Of a DNA stretch of 44,116 nt, positions 19,124-29,560 are shown in pieces. Where the stretch lies: assembly GCA_036336835.1 (NCBI GenBank), contig JAYZFK010000011.1, forward strand, positions 1 through 44,116, read 5' to 3'. Position 1 is the stretch's first letter, and every line of letters begins with the position of its first letter. Source of the DNA: Myxococcota bacterium. Its GTDB lineage: Bacteria > Myxococcota_A > UBA9160 > UBA4427. The notes under the pieces were generated by a model, which saw only the letters and a list, made by a program, of their open reading frames with translations, searched no databases and had not been told where the DNA came from. Made by a program: the position numbers and the translations under genes.

Positions 19124-19882
19124 TCAGGCAGTGCCCGAGAAGGCGATCAGGGCTCCTCCCTCGAGAGCCCAGGTCTGGCCCGTGACCCAGCGTCCCGTGT
19201 CGGCCGCCAGGAACAGCACCGCGCCGGCGATATCCTCGACCTCACCGAGACGCTTCAGGGGATAGGCCTGGGCCACCTTCTCTCCCCGGCCCTTCTCCCA
19301 GAGCACCCGCGCAAAGTCCGTCTTCACGAGACCGGGCGCGATCGCATTGACACGCACCTGCGGCGCGAGCTCGGCTGCGAGTTGTTTGGTCAGGTGGATC
19401 AGCGCCGCCTTGGTGACATCGTAGACCCCGAGCACCGGGTTGGTCGCAAGGCCACCGACGCTCGAGATGTTGACGATCGCTCCGCCGCGCTCCTTCATCG
19501 AGCGCTGCCAAATGCGTTGGGTCCACAAGAGCGGCGCCGTCAAATTGGTCGCAAACGTCTTGTCCCAGCGCCCGCGATCGACATCGATCACAGGACCCGC
19601 GTACGGATTGGTCGCCGCATTGTTGACGAGCACGTCGATGTGGCCCAAGCGGTCGAGCGTCGCCTCGATCACGCGCTCCGAGTCTTCGTCCCGCCCGATG
19701 TGCCCGGCCTCGAAGTGGGCACCGGCTCCGATCTCCGCGACTGCCCGCTCGCAGGATTCCGCGTTGCGAGACGTGATCATCACCTGAGCGCCCGACCGCA
19801 CGAACGTCTCCGCGATCGCCCTGCCGATCCCACGGGAGCCACCGGTCACCACCGCAACCTTGCCGTCGAGTCGAATCTCCAT
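19124..19882 (-). CDS. SDR family oxidoreductase
   Basis: TGGSRGIG, NNAATNP, YDVTK, VNAIAPG. Confidence 0.93.
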   Translation of the reverse strand: MEIRLDGKVAVVTGGSRGIGRAIAETFVRSGAQVMITSRNAESCERAVAEIGAGAHFEAGHIGRDEDSERVIEATLDRLGHIDVLVNNAATNPYAGPVIDVDRGRWDKTFATNLTAPLLWTQRIWQRSMKERGGAIVNISSVGGLATNPVLGVYDVTKAALIHLTKQLAAELAPQVRVNAIAPGLVKTDFARVLWEKGRGEKVAQAYPLKRLGEVEDIAGAVLFLAADTGRWVTGQTWALEGGALIAFSGTA

Positions 19883-19961
19883 GGCGTCCGAGGCTAGCCG
19901 CTCTCGACGCGGGCTGCCCCAGCCGCGGTAGACTGATCTTCCACTCGGGGAGACCATCCGA

Positions 19962-21188
19962 ATGAACTTCGACTACAGCGAGAAATGCCAACAGGCGTTG
20001 ACCCAGCTACGCGCCTTCATGGACGAGCACATCCATCCGAACGAGCAGGCGTACTACCGCCAGCACGCCGAGCTCGAGACTCGCTGGGAGATCCCGCCGA
20101 TGATGGAGGAGCTCAAGCAGAAGGCGCGAGAGGCAGGACTGTGGAATCTGTTCCTGCCGGAGAGCGAGCGAGGCGCCGGATTCTCGAATCTCGACTACGC
20201 GCCGCTCTGCGAAGAGATGGGGCGCGTCGGCTTCGCGCCCGAGGTCTTCAACTGCGCCGCTCCGGACACCGGCAACATGGAGACGATCGAGCGCTATGGG
20301 ACGGAGTCGCAGAAGAAGGAGTGGCTCGATCCGCTGCTCGACGGGAAAATCCGCTCTGCCTTCGCGATGACGGAGCCCGCGGTGGCTTCGTCCGACGCGA
20401 CCAACATCGAAACCGCGATCCGCCGCGACGGCGACGACTACGTGATCAACGGTCGCAAGTGGTGGACCTCGGGCATCATGGATCCACGCTGCGAGATCCT
20501 CGTGGTGATGGGCAAGACCGATCCGGATGGCCCGCCGCACGCACAGCAGAGCATGATTCTGGTCCCGCGCGACACGCCGGGCGTGACGGTGGAGCGGCAT
20601 CTGACCGTCTTCGGCTACGACGATGCCCCGCACGGCCACGGCCAAGTGAGCTTCGAGGACGTCCGCGTCCCGGCCTCGAACATCCTGCTAGGCGAGGGAC
20701 GCGGCTTCGAGATCGCCCAGGGTCGCCTCGGGCCGGGGCGCATCCACCACTGCATGCGCGTCGTCGGGGTCGCCGAGCGAGTGCTCGAGAAGATGTGCGA
20801 TCGCTTGATGTCACGGACCGCGTTCGGCAAGAAGCTCTACGAACACTCCGTCTGGGAGGAACGAATCGCGAACGCCCGCATCGACATCGAGTGTGCCCGT
20901 CTCCTGACGCTCAAAGCGGCCCACCTGATGGACACCGTCGGCAACAAGGTCGCTCGCGCGGAGATCGCGATGATCAAGGTGAAGGCACCGCTGATGGCGC
21001 TCAGCATCATCGACGACGCGATCCAGGCCCACGGCGGCGGGGGGGTCAGCAGTGACTTCGGCCTCGCCAGCACCTACGCGCAGATCCGCACCCTGCGACT
21101 CGCAGATGGCCCCGACGAGGTCCACCGGCGCACGATCTCGCGCATCGAGCTCAAGCGACAGGCCGAGCGCAGCGGAGCCAGGCGATGA
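19962..21188 (+). CDS. Acyl-CoA dehydrogenase, ACAD10/11 (FadE2)-like
   Basis: [52 protein letters not shown]. Confidence 0.93.
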   Translation: MNFDYSEKCQQALTQLRAFMDEHIHPNEQAYYRQHAELETRWEIPPMMEELKQKAREAGLWNLFLPESERGAGFSNLDYAPLCEEMGRVGFAPEVFNCAAPDTGNMETIERYGTESQKKEWLDPLLDGKIRSAFAMTEPAVASSDATNIETAIRRDGDDYVINGRKWWTSGIMDPRCEILVVMGKTDPDGPPHAQQSMILVPRDTPGVTVERHLTVFGYDDAPHGHGQVSFEDVRVPASNILLGEGRGFEIAQGRLGPGRIHHCMRVVGVAERVLEKMCDRLMSRTAFGKKLYEHSVWEERIANARIDIECARLLTLKAAHLMDTVGNKVARAEIAMIKVKAPLMALSIIDDAIQAHGGGGVSSDFGLASTYAQIRTLRLADGPDEVHRRTISRIELKRQAERSGARR

Positions 21189-21214
21189 TCTGAGCCCAGG
21201 CCGGTCGCTCGGCG

Positions 21215-23671
21215 TCAGGTCAACGCTCCGGACGCCGCCAGCTCGGCGATCTCGTCCTCGCCGTAGCCCAGGACCTCGGTCAGGACCTGGAGGGTGTCCT
21301 CGCCGATCGGTGGGCCCGGATTGCGCAGGACCGCAGGTGTACGCGAGAAGCGTGTCACCGACCCGTCGTAGAGCGCTCGTCCGATCGCCGAGTGGTCGAG
21401 TTCGACGAAGAATTCGCGGTGCGCGAGCTGCGGGTCGTGATGGAGGTCCGTGGCACGCATCGCGACGTAGGCCGGGACGCCGGCTTCGCGCAGAGACTGG
21501 GCGCATTCGAACGGATCCTGCTGCGCACACCACTCGGCGAGAACCTTCTCGAGGTCGGCCTTGCACGCGAGCCGAGCCGAGAGCTCCTCGCAGTCGCCGA
21601 CCGCGCCGAGCCCGGGAACCAGCTCCTGCAGCGCGGTCCACTGCTGTGCGCCCTCGACCGCAACCGCCACGTACCGGTGCTTGCCCTGGGCGGCGAACAC
21701 GCCGTGCGGGCACGCGCGCTGGGAATCGAGCCCCTGCAGGCCTGTCACCCGCCCGTTCACCGTGTAGTCGAGCACCATCGGCTCGAGGAAATGGATCGCC
21801 GCCTCGATCTGGGAGAGATCGATGTACTGCCCCTCGCCGGTGCGGGACTGGTGATGCAGCGCCGCACCGATCGCGGCGAGCGAGAAACGCGGCGCAATGA
21901 AGTCCGTATAGGCACCCCACGGCCCCGAGGGCAACCGGTCGGGCCAGCCGGTCACGGCGACGAAGCCCGCGAGCCCGGCGCCCTGCAGGCCGAATCCCGT
22001 GTACTTCGCCTCGGGCCCGGTCTGGCCGCGCATGCAGGACGAGATCATCACGATCTCGGGCTTGCGCATGCGCAGCGTCTCGTAGTCGATGCCCAGTTTG
22101 GCCGCCGTCCCCGGTGTGAAGGACTCGAGCACGACGTCGGCCCAGTCGACCATCCGGTAAGCGACCTCGCGCCCGGCGTCGGTCGCGAGGTCGAGACCGA
22201 GCGCGAGCTTCGATTGGTTGAAGTTCGCCGCCGTGTGCCCGGTGCTGACGTTCGGGACGCCATCCTTCCAGGGCGGGATGAAGCGCAGTGGATCGACGTG
22301 CTTCTCGGACTCGACGTGGATGACCGTTGCACCCAGATTGGCGAGATCCTTCGAGATCAGCGGGCCGGCGCCCACCCACGCGAAGTCCGCCACCTTGAGC
22401 CCTTCGAGCAGCGACGCACGCGGTGCCGATACCCGCTTCACCGAAGGAGACGGCGTGCGAGCGAGATCGCCCTGCAGCGCCTGGTCGGCGCCCAGCTTTG
22501 GCGCCGCCGCGCGGTAGCGGATCGGGGTTCGGGACAGACGAGCAAAAGGCCCGGGGTGACGGGTTTCCGCGACGTCGGTCCAGTAGTCGCGCGACGCGAG
22601 CTGTGGATCGACCAGCAGATCGGCGGACGTCCAGGCGGGGCCGATCAACCAGGCAGCCTCGCTCGCGCGCTGCTGGACCTCGGCCTTGGTACGCGTCCCG
22701 AGAAACGCCATCAGCTGGTCGAAACCGCGCTGCGCATCGGCCGGCGTGAGCTTGCCCTCGCCGATCAGGCCGAGGAAGTTGCCGAAGTCGAGTCCGATCA
22801 GGTCGTCGTCGAGCCCGCCCTGCTCGCCCACCCACTGCATCATCGACGTCAGACTCCGCTGGCCCACTTCGCCGAGCAGCAGCGTCATCACCGCGAATCC
22901 GTCGGCGAGCTTCGTGCGGTCCGGGATCCGCAGCCCCGGCATCAGCTCCAGCGGAGCGTCTCGCCCCTCGCCGGACGAGGGCTTGTCCACCCCTAGCAAC
23001 GCCGAGAACCCCGTTGCGAACAGCAGGGTCCACACCATGGCGGCTTGCATCGAGCTGTCGAGGTGCTGGCCTCGCCCGTCGCGGTCACGGCCGTAGAGCG
23101 CGAACAACGCATCAGCGGCCGCCTGGACCGCCGCGTGGCATGACGATTCGGGATGACCGATCGGAATCGGGACTCGGTCTCCATCGCCCTGACAGTCGAT
23201 CAGCCCACCGGCGGCTGCGATCGTGAGGTCGTTGGCCGGGTGCGTCGCCATCGGCCCGGTCTGACCGAAGGGGGTCACCGACACGTAGACGAGTGCCGGA
23301 TTGCGCCCGCCTAGCGTCTCGGCATCGAGACCGAGGCGCGTCATCTCGCCGGGTGTGCTCGATTCGATGAGGATGTCCGCGCCGTCGACCAGCGAGAGCA
23401 GCCGCTCGCAATCTCCCGCGTCTTCGAGGTCGAGAACGACGCTCTTCTTGCCCATCCCCCAGGCGCGCCAGAAGAGCGACCCGTCGGGGTCGTTCTCGCG
23501 ACCGTCCTCGAACGGCGGGGTAAAGCGGGCGGCGCAGCCTCCCGGTGGCTCGATCTTGATGACCTCGGCACCGAGATCGGCGAGCACGCGTCCCGTGGCC
23601 TCGGCGAGCGGCGTCGCGAGATCGAGGACACGGATGTCGTGAAGAGGACCGGGCGAGTTCGGATCGGGCAC
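21215..23671 (-). CDS. Family III CoA-transferase with two tandem CaiB/BaiF domains
   Basis: Two copies of the (L)xxLGAxVIxxE and ADxxxE modules (ADILIES, ADVVLES); AGGAG RBS. Confidence 0.9.
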   Translation of the reverse strand: MPDPNSPGPLHDIRVLDLATPLAEATGRVLADLGAEVIKIEPPGGCAARFTPPFEDGRENDPDGSLFWRAWGMGKKSVVLDLEDAGDCERLLSLVDGADILIESSTPGEMTRLGLDAETLGGRNPALVYVSVTPFGQTGPMATHPANDLTIAAAGGLIDCQGDGDRVPIPIGHPESSCHAAVQAAADALFALYGRDRDGRGQHLDSSMQAAMVWTLLFATGFSALLGVDKPSSGEGRDAPLELMPGLRIPDRTKLADGFAVMTLLLGEVGQRSLTSMMQWVGEQGGLDDDLIGLDFGNFLGLIGEGKLTPADAQRGFDQLMAFLGTRTKAEVQQRASEAAWLIGPAWTSADLLVDPQLASRDYWTDVAETRHPGPFARLSRTPIRYRAAAPKLGADQALQGDLARTPSPSVKRVSAPRASLLEGLKVADFAWVGAGPLISKDLANLGATVIHVESEKHVDPLRFIPPWKDGVPNVSTGHTAANFNQSKLALGLDLATDAGREVAYRMVDWADVVLESFTPGTAAKLGIDYETLRMRKPEIVMISSCMRGQTGPEAKYTGFGLQGAGLAGFVAVTGWPDRLPSGPWGAYTDFIAPRFSLAAIGAALHHQSRTGEGQYIDLSQIEAAIHFLEPMVLDYTVNGRVTGLQGLDSQRACPHGVFAAQGKHRYVAVAVEGAQQWTALQELVPGLGAVGDCEELSARLACKADLEKVLAEWCAQQDPFECAQSLREAGVPAYVAMRATDLHHDPQLAHREFFVELDHSAIGRALYDGSVTRFSRTPAVLRNPGPPIGEDTLQVLTEVLGYGEDEIAELAASGALT

Positions 23672-23786
23672 GCTGAGCTCCTGGCTAGATCGAGGCTGAC
23701 AAGTCTAACCCGATGCGCGCGCCGAGCGGCAGCGCGTTGCACCGGGATGCGCGACCCTGCCGACTCTTCCTGGCCGAGGTACTCCC

Positions 23787-25253
23787 TTGAGGTCGTGGAA
23801 CGCCGCCCTTGCGACCGGAATCTCGATCCTGCTCGGCACTGCTGCCCAGGGCGCGCCATCCGGCAACGGGGGCGGAGACGCGAGTCAGTCCACGCGCCCG
23901 AACTTCGTCTTCATCCTCGCCGACGATCTCGGCTGGCGCGACGCCGGTTTCATGGGCAGCACATTCTACGAGACCCCTCACCTCGACAGGTTGGCCCGCG
24001 AGGGCATGCTGTTCACCGATGCCTATGCCAATGCACCGAACTGTGCGCCGACGCGCGCCAGCCTGCTGTCGGGCCAGTACACACCGAGACACGGCATCTT
24101 CACCGTGCCGCCCTCGGCCCGCGGGGAGTCAGCGCAGCGAAAGCTGGTCGTCGCGGAGACCGCGACCGAGCTTCCGCTCGAAGTCATCACCATCGCAGAG
24201 GCGCTGAAGACGGCGGGCTATGCTACGGCCAGCGTCGGGAAGTGGCACCTCGGACGACGTGGCCACGGCCCGACCGACCAGGGCTTCGACTTCAGCATCG
24301 GCGGCAACGCGCGCGGCATCCCCCCGAGCTACCACTGGCCCTACGAGTTCGTGAACCGGCGCGGCGACGTGTTTCGCATCCGGAGTCTTCGGAAAGGCGG
24401 GAGCCCGGGCGAGTACCTCACCGACCGCTTGACCAACGAGGCCATCAGCTGGCTCGACGCGCACGCCCACCAGCCCTTCTTCCTGTATCTCTCGCACTAT
24501 GCGGTCCACACTCCGCACCAGACCAAGCCACAGCTCGAAGCGAAGTACCGCGCGAAGGGCGCAAGCCGCGGCGACGCGCGTTATGCCGGCATGATCGAGA
24601 GCCTCGATGACAGCGTGGGGCGCGTGCTATCGCACCTCGACACGCTCGGAGTCGCCGACGACACGGTCGTGTTCTTCTTCTCCGACAATGGCGGCGCCGG
24701 CGAAGTCAGCTCGATGGAGCCCCTGCGAGGCACCAAGGGCATGCTCTACGAAGGCGGAATCCGCGAGCCCTTGATCGTGCGCTGGCCACGCCAGAGCGGG
24801 GCCGGGCAGAAGTCGAACGTCCCGGTGATTGGAATCGATCTCTACCCGACGATCCTCGAACTCGCTGGGGTCTCCCCCCCGCCGAGCCAGCTGATCGACG
24901 GAGTCAGCCTGGCACCGCTACTCGGCGTCGGCGACCCGAAAGCTCTGAAGGAACGCGCCCTGTACTGGCACTTCCCCGCGTATCTCGAGGCGGGCCCCGG
25001 CTCGGCCGAGCCCTTCCGGACCACGCCCGCGGGCGCGATCCGCCAGGACGGCTACAAGCTGATCGAGTTCTTCGAGGACGGCAAGCTCGAGCTCTACGAT
25101 CTGCGCCGTGACATCGGTGAGCGAGACGACCTTGCCGGTGCCATGCCCGACAAGGTCCGCGAGCTCCACACTCGCCTGCGTCAATGGCGCGCTCGAGTCG
25201 GTACCTCGGTTCCGAGCCAGGCCAATCCCGATTTCGAGCCCAGTCACCCCTGA
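23787..25253 (+). CDS. Sulfatase (secreted)
   Basis: Signal peptide, PNFVFILADDLG, CAPTRASLLSG, GKWHLG, FFSDNGG, GTKGMLYEGGIR. TTG start uncertain. Confidence 0.93.
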   Translation: MRSWNAALATGISILLGTAAQGAPSGNGGGDASQSTRPNFVFILADDLGWRDAGFMGSTFYETPHLDRLAREGMLFTDAYANAPNCAPTRASLLSGQYTPRHGIFTVPPSARGESAQRKLVVAETATELPLEVITIAEALKTAGYATASVGKWHLGRRGHGPTDQGFDFSIGGNARGIPPSYHWPYEFVNRRGDVFRIRSLRKGGSPGEYLTDRLTNEAISWLDAHAHQPFFLYLSHYAVHTPHQTKPQLEAKYRAKGASRGDARYAGMIESLDDSVGRVLSHLDTLGVADDTVVFFFSDNGGAGEVSSMEPLRGTKGMLYEGGIREPLIVRWPRQSGAGQKSNVPVIGIDLYPTILELAGVSPPPSQLIDGVSLAPLLGVGDPKALKERALYWHFPAYLEAGPGSAEPFRTTPAGAIRQDGYKLIEFFEDGKLELYDLRRDIGERDDLAGAMPDKVRELHTRLRQWRARVGTSVPSQANPDFEPSHP

Positions 25254-25262
25254 GCCGGCGCT

Positions 25263-25712
25263 TCAACTGCCCCCTTCGATCATCTCGACCCGGATCCCGT
25301 CCGGATCCTCGAGAAAGAACATCCGAACAGGGGGATCGATCTCGCTGAACGCGAAGATCGGGGTCGGCTCGCGACCCGCTGATTCAGCGCGCGTATGGGC
25401 CGCATCGAGATCGGCGACACGGAACGAGACGCCCCCCAGCCCCAGCGGGTACTTCTGCGCGGCGGGCTCGTACTTGCGTCGCTCGTCGAGCGTCTCGATC
25501 GTGTGCAGTCGAATGCCACCGACCCGAATGAACGTATCCCGGATCCGAACCCCTTCGCGTCCGAACATCGCATCGAGCGCGGGCGCCTCGAGCTCTTCGT
25601 CGGACTCGATCGCGCCGCCCAGCTCCCCGCACCAGAAGTCGATCGTGGCATCGGTGTCCGCCACGTGCACGATCAAGTGGCTCGTCTCCAGAACGACATC
25701 GTCCGCATTCAT
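25263..25712 (-). CDS. VOC/glyoxalase family protein
   Basis: HLIVHVAD...FWCGELG and FFLEDPDGIRVEMIE; ATGA overlap with the upstream sulfatase. Confidence 0.85.
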   Translation of the reverse strand: MNADDVVLETSHLIVHVADTDATIDFWCGELGGAIESDEELEAPALDAMFGREGVRIRDTFIRVGGIRLHTIETLDERRKYEPAAQKYPLGLGGVSFRVADLDAAHTRAESAGREPTPIFAFSEIDPPVRMFFLEDPDGIRVEMIEGGS

Positions 25713-27217
25713 GGGGTTCTCCTCGCTTCAGATGACCGGTCGTCGCCGCGTCCGGACGACGTGCCGGCAGCGGGCTGATAGCGCGGCCCGAGCTCGGCCT
25801 CGAGCTGGGCGAGCCGGCGCTGGAGTGCCGCGACCTCGTCACGTCGCGCGGCTTCACCCGACAGGTTCACGGTCTCGCCGGGGTCGTCGACCAGATCGAA
25901 GAGTTCGGCCCAGCTCGGGCGGTCCAGGTAGTCGATCCACTTTGCCTCGCGGGTTCGAATCGCGATCAAGCTCGGGACGAACCGGAAGTGCTTCCCGCGG
26001 TAGAACTCGTACACGAAGGCGTCGCGCCAGCCGCCGGAGCGACCCTCCAGGAGTCCCCGCCAGCTCTCGCCCTGCATCGCTGCGGGGCTCGGCAGGCCCG
26101 CGAAGTCGAGGAGCGTGGGCGCGAGGTCGACGTTCAACACCAGCTCGTCGATCGTCTTGCCCGGCTGCACATGATCCGGATAGCGGAGCAGCGTCACCAC
26201 GCGCATCGATTCCTCGTAGGCCGAACGCTTGTCGGCCATGCCGTGGGCGTAGAGATGAGCACCATTGTCGCTGACGTAGACGACGATCGTCTCGTCCGTA
26301 AGCGACAGCTGATCGAGCGCGTCGAGCACGCGGCCCACATTGTCGTCGACGCCCGTGAGCGTCTGGTAGTAGCGACGCCGACCGCGCGCGCGCCGCGCCT
26401 CGGGTACGTCGAAGGCCACGCGATCGATGCCTTGCTTCCATCTCTCGGGTGCAATGAAGCGATCGACGTCCACGCCGGCCGCCTCCGCGAGCGCGGCGTG
26501 CTCCTGGCGACGCGGGTACGGCGGCCGTGCACGCAGGTTCGCGGGCCAGGAGATCTCGGCGTCACGATACAGGTCCTCGAAGCGAGCCGGGGGCTCGCGC
26601 GGCGCGTGCGCACCCTTGAAACCCAGCACGAGCAGGAAGGGGCCGTCCCGCGGGCGCTTCAGGAAGTCGATCGCCAGCTGCGTCGACACGTCGTCGACGT
26701 GACCGGAGGTTGGCGTCGGCTTCCCGTCGATCCAGAAGGGACAGTCGCGGTAGCGACCCTGGCCGGCGAAGCTCGCCACATGGACGAACCCGGTCGGCCT
26801 GCCCCGAACGCCACCGATGTGCCACTTGCCGACGTAGGCGCTGTCGTAGCCCGCCGCGGTCAGCAGCGTGGCGAAGGTTTCGGCGTCCTCGGCCAGCGGC
26901 GTGCCGTTGTCGACCACACCGTGGCGCCGTACATACTGGCCGGTGAGGAAGCTCGCGCGGGCTGGCGCGCACAGTGAGGTCGATACGAACGCGTTGGTGA
27001 AACGCACACCCTCGCGCGCGAGACGGTCGAGACTCGGCGTGCGGAGCCACGGGTGACCCGCCGCACCGAGCGACTCCGCTGCGTGGTCGTCTGCGATCAG
27101 GACGACGATACCGGGCCTCGGATCGCGGACTTTCTCGACGCAGGCCAGCGAAGCGATCGCGAGGCCCAGGCAGCAGAGCGCAGCCGGGTGCAGACCTCGA
27201 GTCGGCCCCCCGCGCAT
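25709..27217 (-). CDS. Sulfatase, probable lipoprotein
   Basis: SLAC lipobox, LIADD, CAPARASFLTG, GKWHIG, YVSDNG, DKRSAYEES, NVDLAPT. Confidence 0.92.
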   Translation of the reverse strand: MRGGPTRGLHPAALCCLGLAIASLACVEKVRDPRPGIVVLIADDHAAESLGAAGHPWLRTPSLDRLAREGVRFTNAFVSTSLCAPARASFLTGQYVRRHGVVDNGTPLAEDAETFATLLTAAGYDSAYVGKWHIGGVRGRPTGFVHVASFAGQGRYRDCPFWIDGKPTPTSGHVDDVSTQLAIDFLKRPRDGPFLLVLGFKGAHAPREPPARFEDLYRDAEISWPANLRARPPYPRRQEHAALAEAAGVDVDRFIAPERWKQGIDRVAFDVPEARRARGRRRYYQTLTGVDDNVGRVLDALDQLSLTDETIVVYVSDNGAHLYAHGMADKRSAYEESMRVVTLLRYPDHVQPGKTIDELVLNVDLAPTLLDFAGLPSPAAMQGESWRGLLEGRSGGWRDAFVYEFYRGKHFRFVPSLIAIRTREAKWIDYLDRPSWAELFDLVDDPGETVNLSGEAARRDEVAALQRRLAQLEAELGPRYQPAAGTSSGRGDDRSSEARRTP

Positions 27218-27222
27218 CCGGT

Positions 27223-28518
27223 CTAGTCCGACCATGCGAACTCGGGCGCCTCGGCATCCAGCTGCCGGACGCGCCGCATGCGCACGATGACGACCCGATC
27301 GCCCGCTTCGCTGCGGTTGGGATTCAGATAGCTCCAGACCACCTGTCCCTCGGCGGTGACCTCGAAGGCGCGACCACCGGCCGAATCGGTGATCAGCGTG
27401 TTCCCATTGACCAGCCGCTGCGCGGCGCCGCGATGACTCGAGAAGAAGCTGCGCGGCTCCGTGGCGCTGTAGGACCACACCACCTCGTCCGTACGTGGAT
27501 CGACTTCGAGCACACGCGAATAGCGACGGTTGAGACCGTTGTCGAAGACGAGGATGTTGCCGCTCGGAAGCACCGTGGCGTCGTGTGGCCCCGAGAGCGT
27601 GCCCTGTCCCCAGCTCCAGACGGCCCGCTTCGAGCTCCAGTCGATGATTATGAGCGCGTTCTGATTGCGCGAGCAGAGGAGGAAATTCGTGGTCGCGTAC
27701 AGGGGGTTCTGCCTGGCGAGCGAGTCGCTGCGCATCCACTCGATCGAGTTCGAGTGGATGGAATCGATCTCCAACGAGCCTTCGTGCTCGCGCGGACGCC
27801 TGCTGCGGAAGCGGAAGACGTCGGGAGAAGCCTCGAGGATCTCGCTGATCGATACCTCTTCGAGCAGCTCGCCCTCGGCGCTCAGCATCGCGACGTAGTG
27901 GTCGCGCACCGGAATCGTGGGGTCGATCCTGGGAATCAGTCGATGACGGTACGTGAGTACGGCCACCCGGCCGTCGGGCAGCAGATCCAGGTCGTGGTGT
28001 GCGGGGACGTCAGCACTCCACAGCTGCTCGCCATCCCAGCCCAGCTTCAGCACCCGGCGCGCACGAAAGCTCTCCTCGGCCGTATCTCCCGGCCGGCGGT
28101 GGATCACGACTACCTCGCCGTCCTGCGTGAGGACCGCATTGCCCCACTTGAGACAGGGCTCGTGACGCCAGCTGCGCAGTAGCTCGCCCTCGGCATCGAT
28201 CAGGTCGGCCGAGCAGAGGTGCGCGTTGACGTAGAAGTCGAGGCCCGGCTGCACGCGCGATGCATCGAGGGTCCGCGCGCCGTCCGGCTCATCGCCCTCG
28301 CCTTCGGGCACGGTCTCGACGTAGCCGAGCGCCATCAGACGCTCGGCCTCGGCGTCGTCGATGCCCTCGCCCACGAGCGAAACCGATTGCAGCGCCTCGC
28401 GCCCAGCAGGCGGCACCTCGTCGTCGCCGATCCCACAGGCCAGAGCCAGGCAACTCACCATGAAGGCGGCCGCCCAGGTGGAACGCCGCTGGCCCGGCGC
28501 GAGGATCGCTCCTTCCAT
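27223..28518 (-). CDS. Arylsulfotransferase (ASST)-family beta-propeller, probable lipoprotein
   Basis: ALAC lipobox, HHD, IHSNSI, GPHDA, VFDNG, SRVLEVDP, GAAQRLVNGNTLIT. Start 28518 or 28461. Confidence 0.85.
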   Translation of the reverse strand: MEGAILAPGQRRSTWAAAFMVSCLALACGIGDDEVPPAGREALQSVSLVGEGIDDAEAERLMALGYVETVPEGEGDEPDGARTLDASRVQPGLDFYVNAHLCSADLIDAEGELLRSWRHEPCLKWGNAVLTQDGEVVVIHRRPGDTAEESFRARRVLKLGWDGEQLWSADVPAHHDLDLLPDGRVAVLTYRHRLIPRIDPTIPVRDHYVAMLSAEGELLEEVSISEILEASPDVFRFRSRRPREHEGSLEIDSIHSNSIEWMRSDSLARQNPLYATTNFLLCSRNQNALIIIDWSSKRAVWSWGQGTLSGPHDATVLPSGNILVFDNGLNRRYSRVLEVDPRTDEVVWSYSATEPRSFFSSHRGAAQRLVNGNTLITDSAGGRAFEVTAEGQVVWSYLNPNRSEAGDRVVIVRMRRVRQLDAEAPEFAWSD

Positions 28519-28614
28519 CGTCTTTGCAGAATAGCCCGCGGGCAACGGGCTCCCAGCCCTCACGCAAAGACGGATATCCGCAAGCGCCCAGAAGAGGACC
28601 CCAGGCCGTCCCCG

Positions 28615-29427
28615 TCAATCGGTCAGATCGGACAGCGCCGCGAGTCGGCTTCGCGCGACTGAGCGCCCGATGAATCTCGGAAACAGCGCCTTCAGCTTCG
28701 GGACGAAGCGGAACTTGCTCGGAATCACCACCGAGGTCTCGCCGCGCTCGAGGGCGTGCAGCAGTCGACGACAGAAATCGTCGGCTTCGATGAAGCGGTT
28801 GGCGCTGCCCTTGGGCATACGCGCCATCACCTCGTCGGTGAACATCTCGCTGCGGACCAGGACCGGATGGACCGCCATGACCCGGATCCCGAGCGGCGCG
28901 AGTTCGTGCGCGCTCGCGTCCGAGATCGCGCTCACGGCTGCCTTCGTCGCCGAGTACGCAGCCTCGTCGACCTGGGGGAGAACTCCTGCGAAGGACGACA
29001 GGTTCACGATCCAGCCCTGGCCGCGGCTTCGCATGATGGGGACTGCCTGTTTCATCCAGGCCACGGTGCCCAGATAGTTGGTCCGCATCATGCGATCGAT
29101 GTCATCCAGGGCGTGATCCTTGAACAGGATGTGCCGCACGTAGCCGGCGTTGTTCACGAGCAGGTCGAAACCCCCCCAAGCGCGCGCGATCTCACGGGCG
29201 ACCGTCGCGACGGCATCCGGGTCGGCTACATCGCAGGGGTGCACGGCGGCCTCGCCCCCCTCATCCGCGATCTGACTGGCGAGCTCGACGAGTCGCTCGC
29301 GGCGACGAGCCACCAGCGCGACGCGGGCACCGCGGTGCGCGAGCTCGCGCGCCATGGCTTCGCCGATCCCACCGGAGGCGCCAGTCACAACGGCACTGCA
29401 CTTGCGATAATCGAGTTTGGACGACAT
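28615..29427 (-). CDS. SDR family oxidoreductase
   Basis: TGASGGIG, NNAG, YSATK; GGAGG RBS before ATG 29427. Confidence 0.92.
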   Translation of the reverse strand: MSSKLDYRKCSAVVTGASGGIGEAMARELAHRGARVALVARRRERLVELASQIADEGGEAAVHPCDVADPDAVATVAREIARAWGGFDLLVNNAGYVRHILFKDHALDDIDRMMRTNYLGTVAWMKQAVPIMRSRGQGWIVNLSSFAGVLPQVDEAAYSATKAAVSAISDASAHELAPLGIRVMAVHPVLVRSEMFTDEVMARMPKGSANRFIEADDFCRRLLHALERGETSVVIPSKFRFVPKLKALFPRFIGRSVARSRLAALSDLTD

Positions 29428-29560
29428 CTCGAGCCTCCAGACCGCGCGATCAGCTGGTGACCGACGGTCCCGTCCCCTTGGCGAGCCTGGCCAGCCCTTC
29501 GAGTGCTTCGTCATCGGGCTGCGGGCGCCTCCGTGGCCGGGCTGTCAGTTGTCCCACGCA

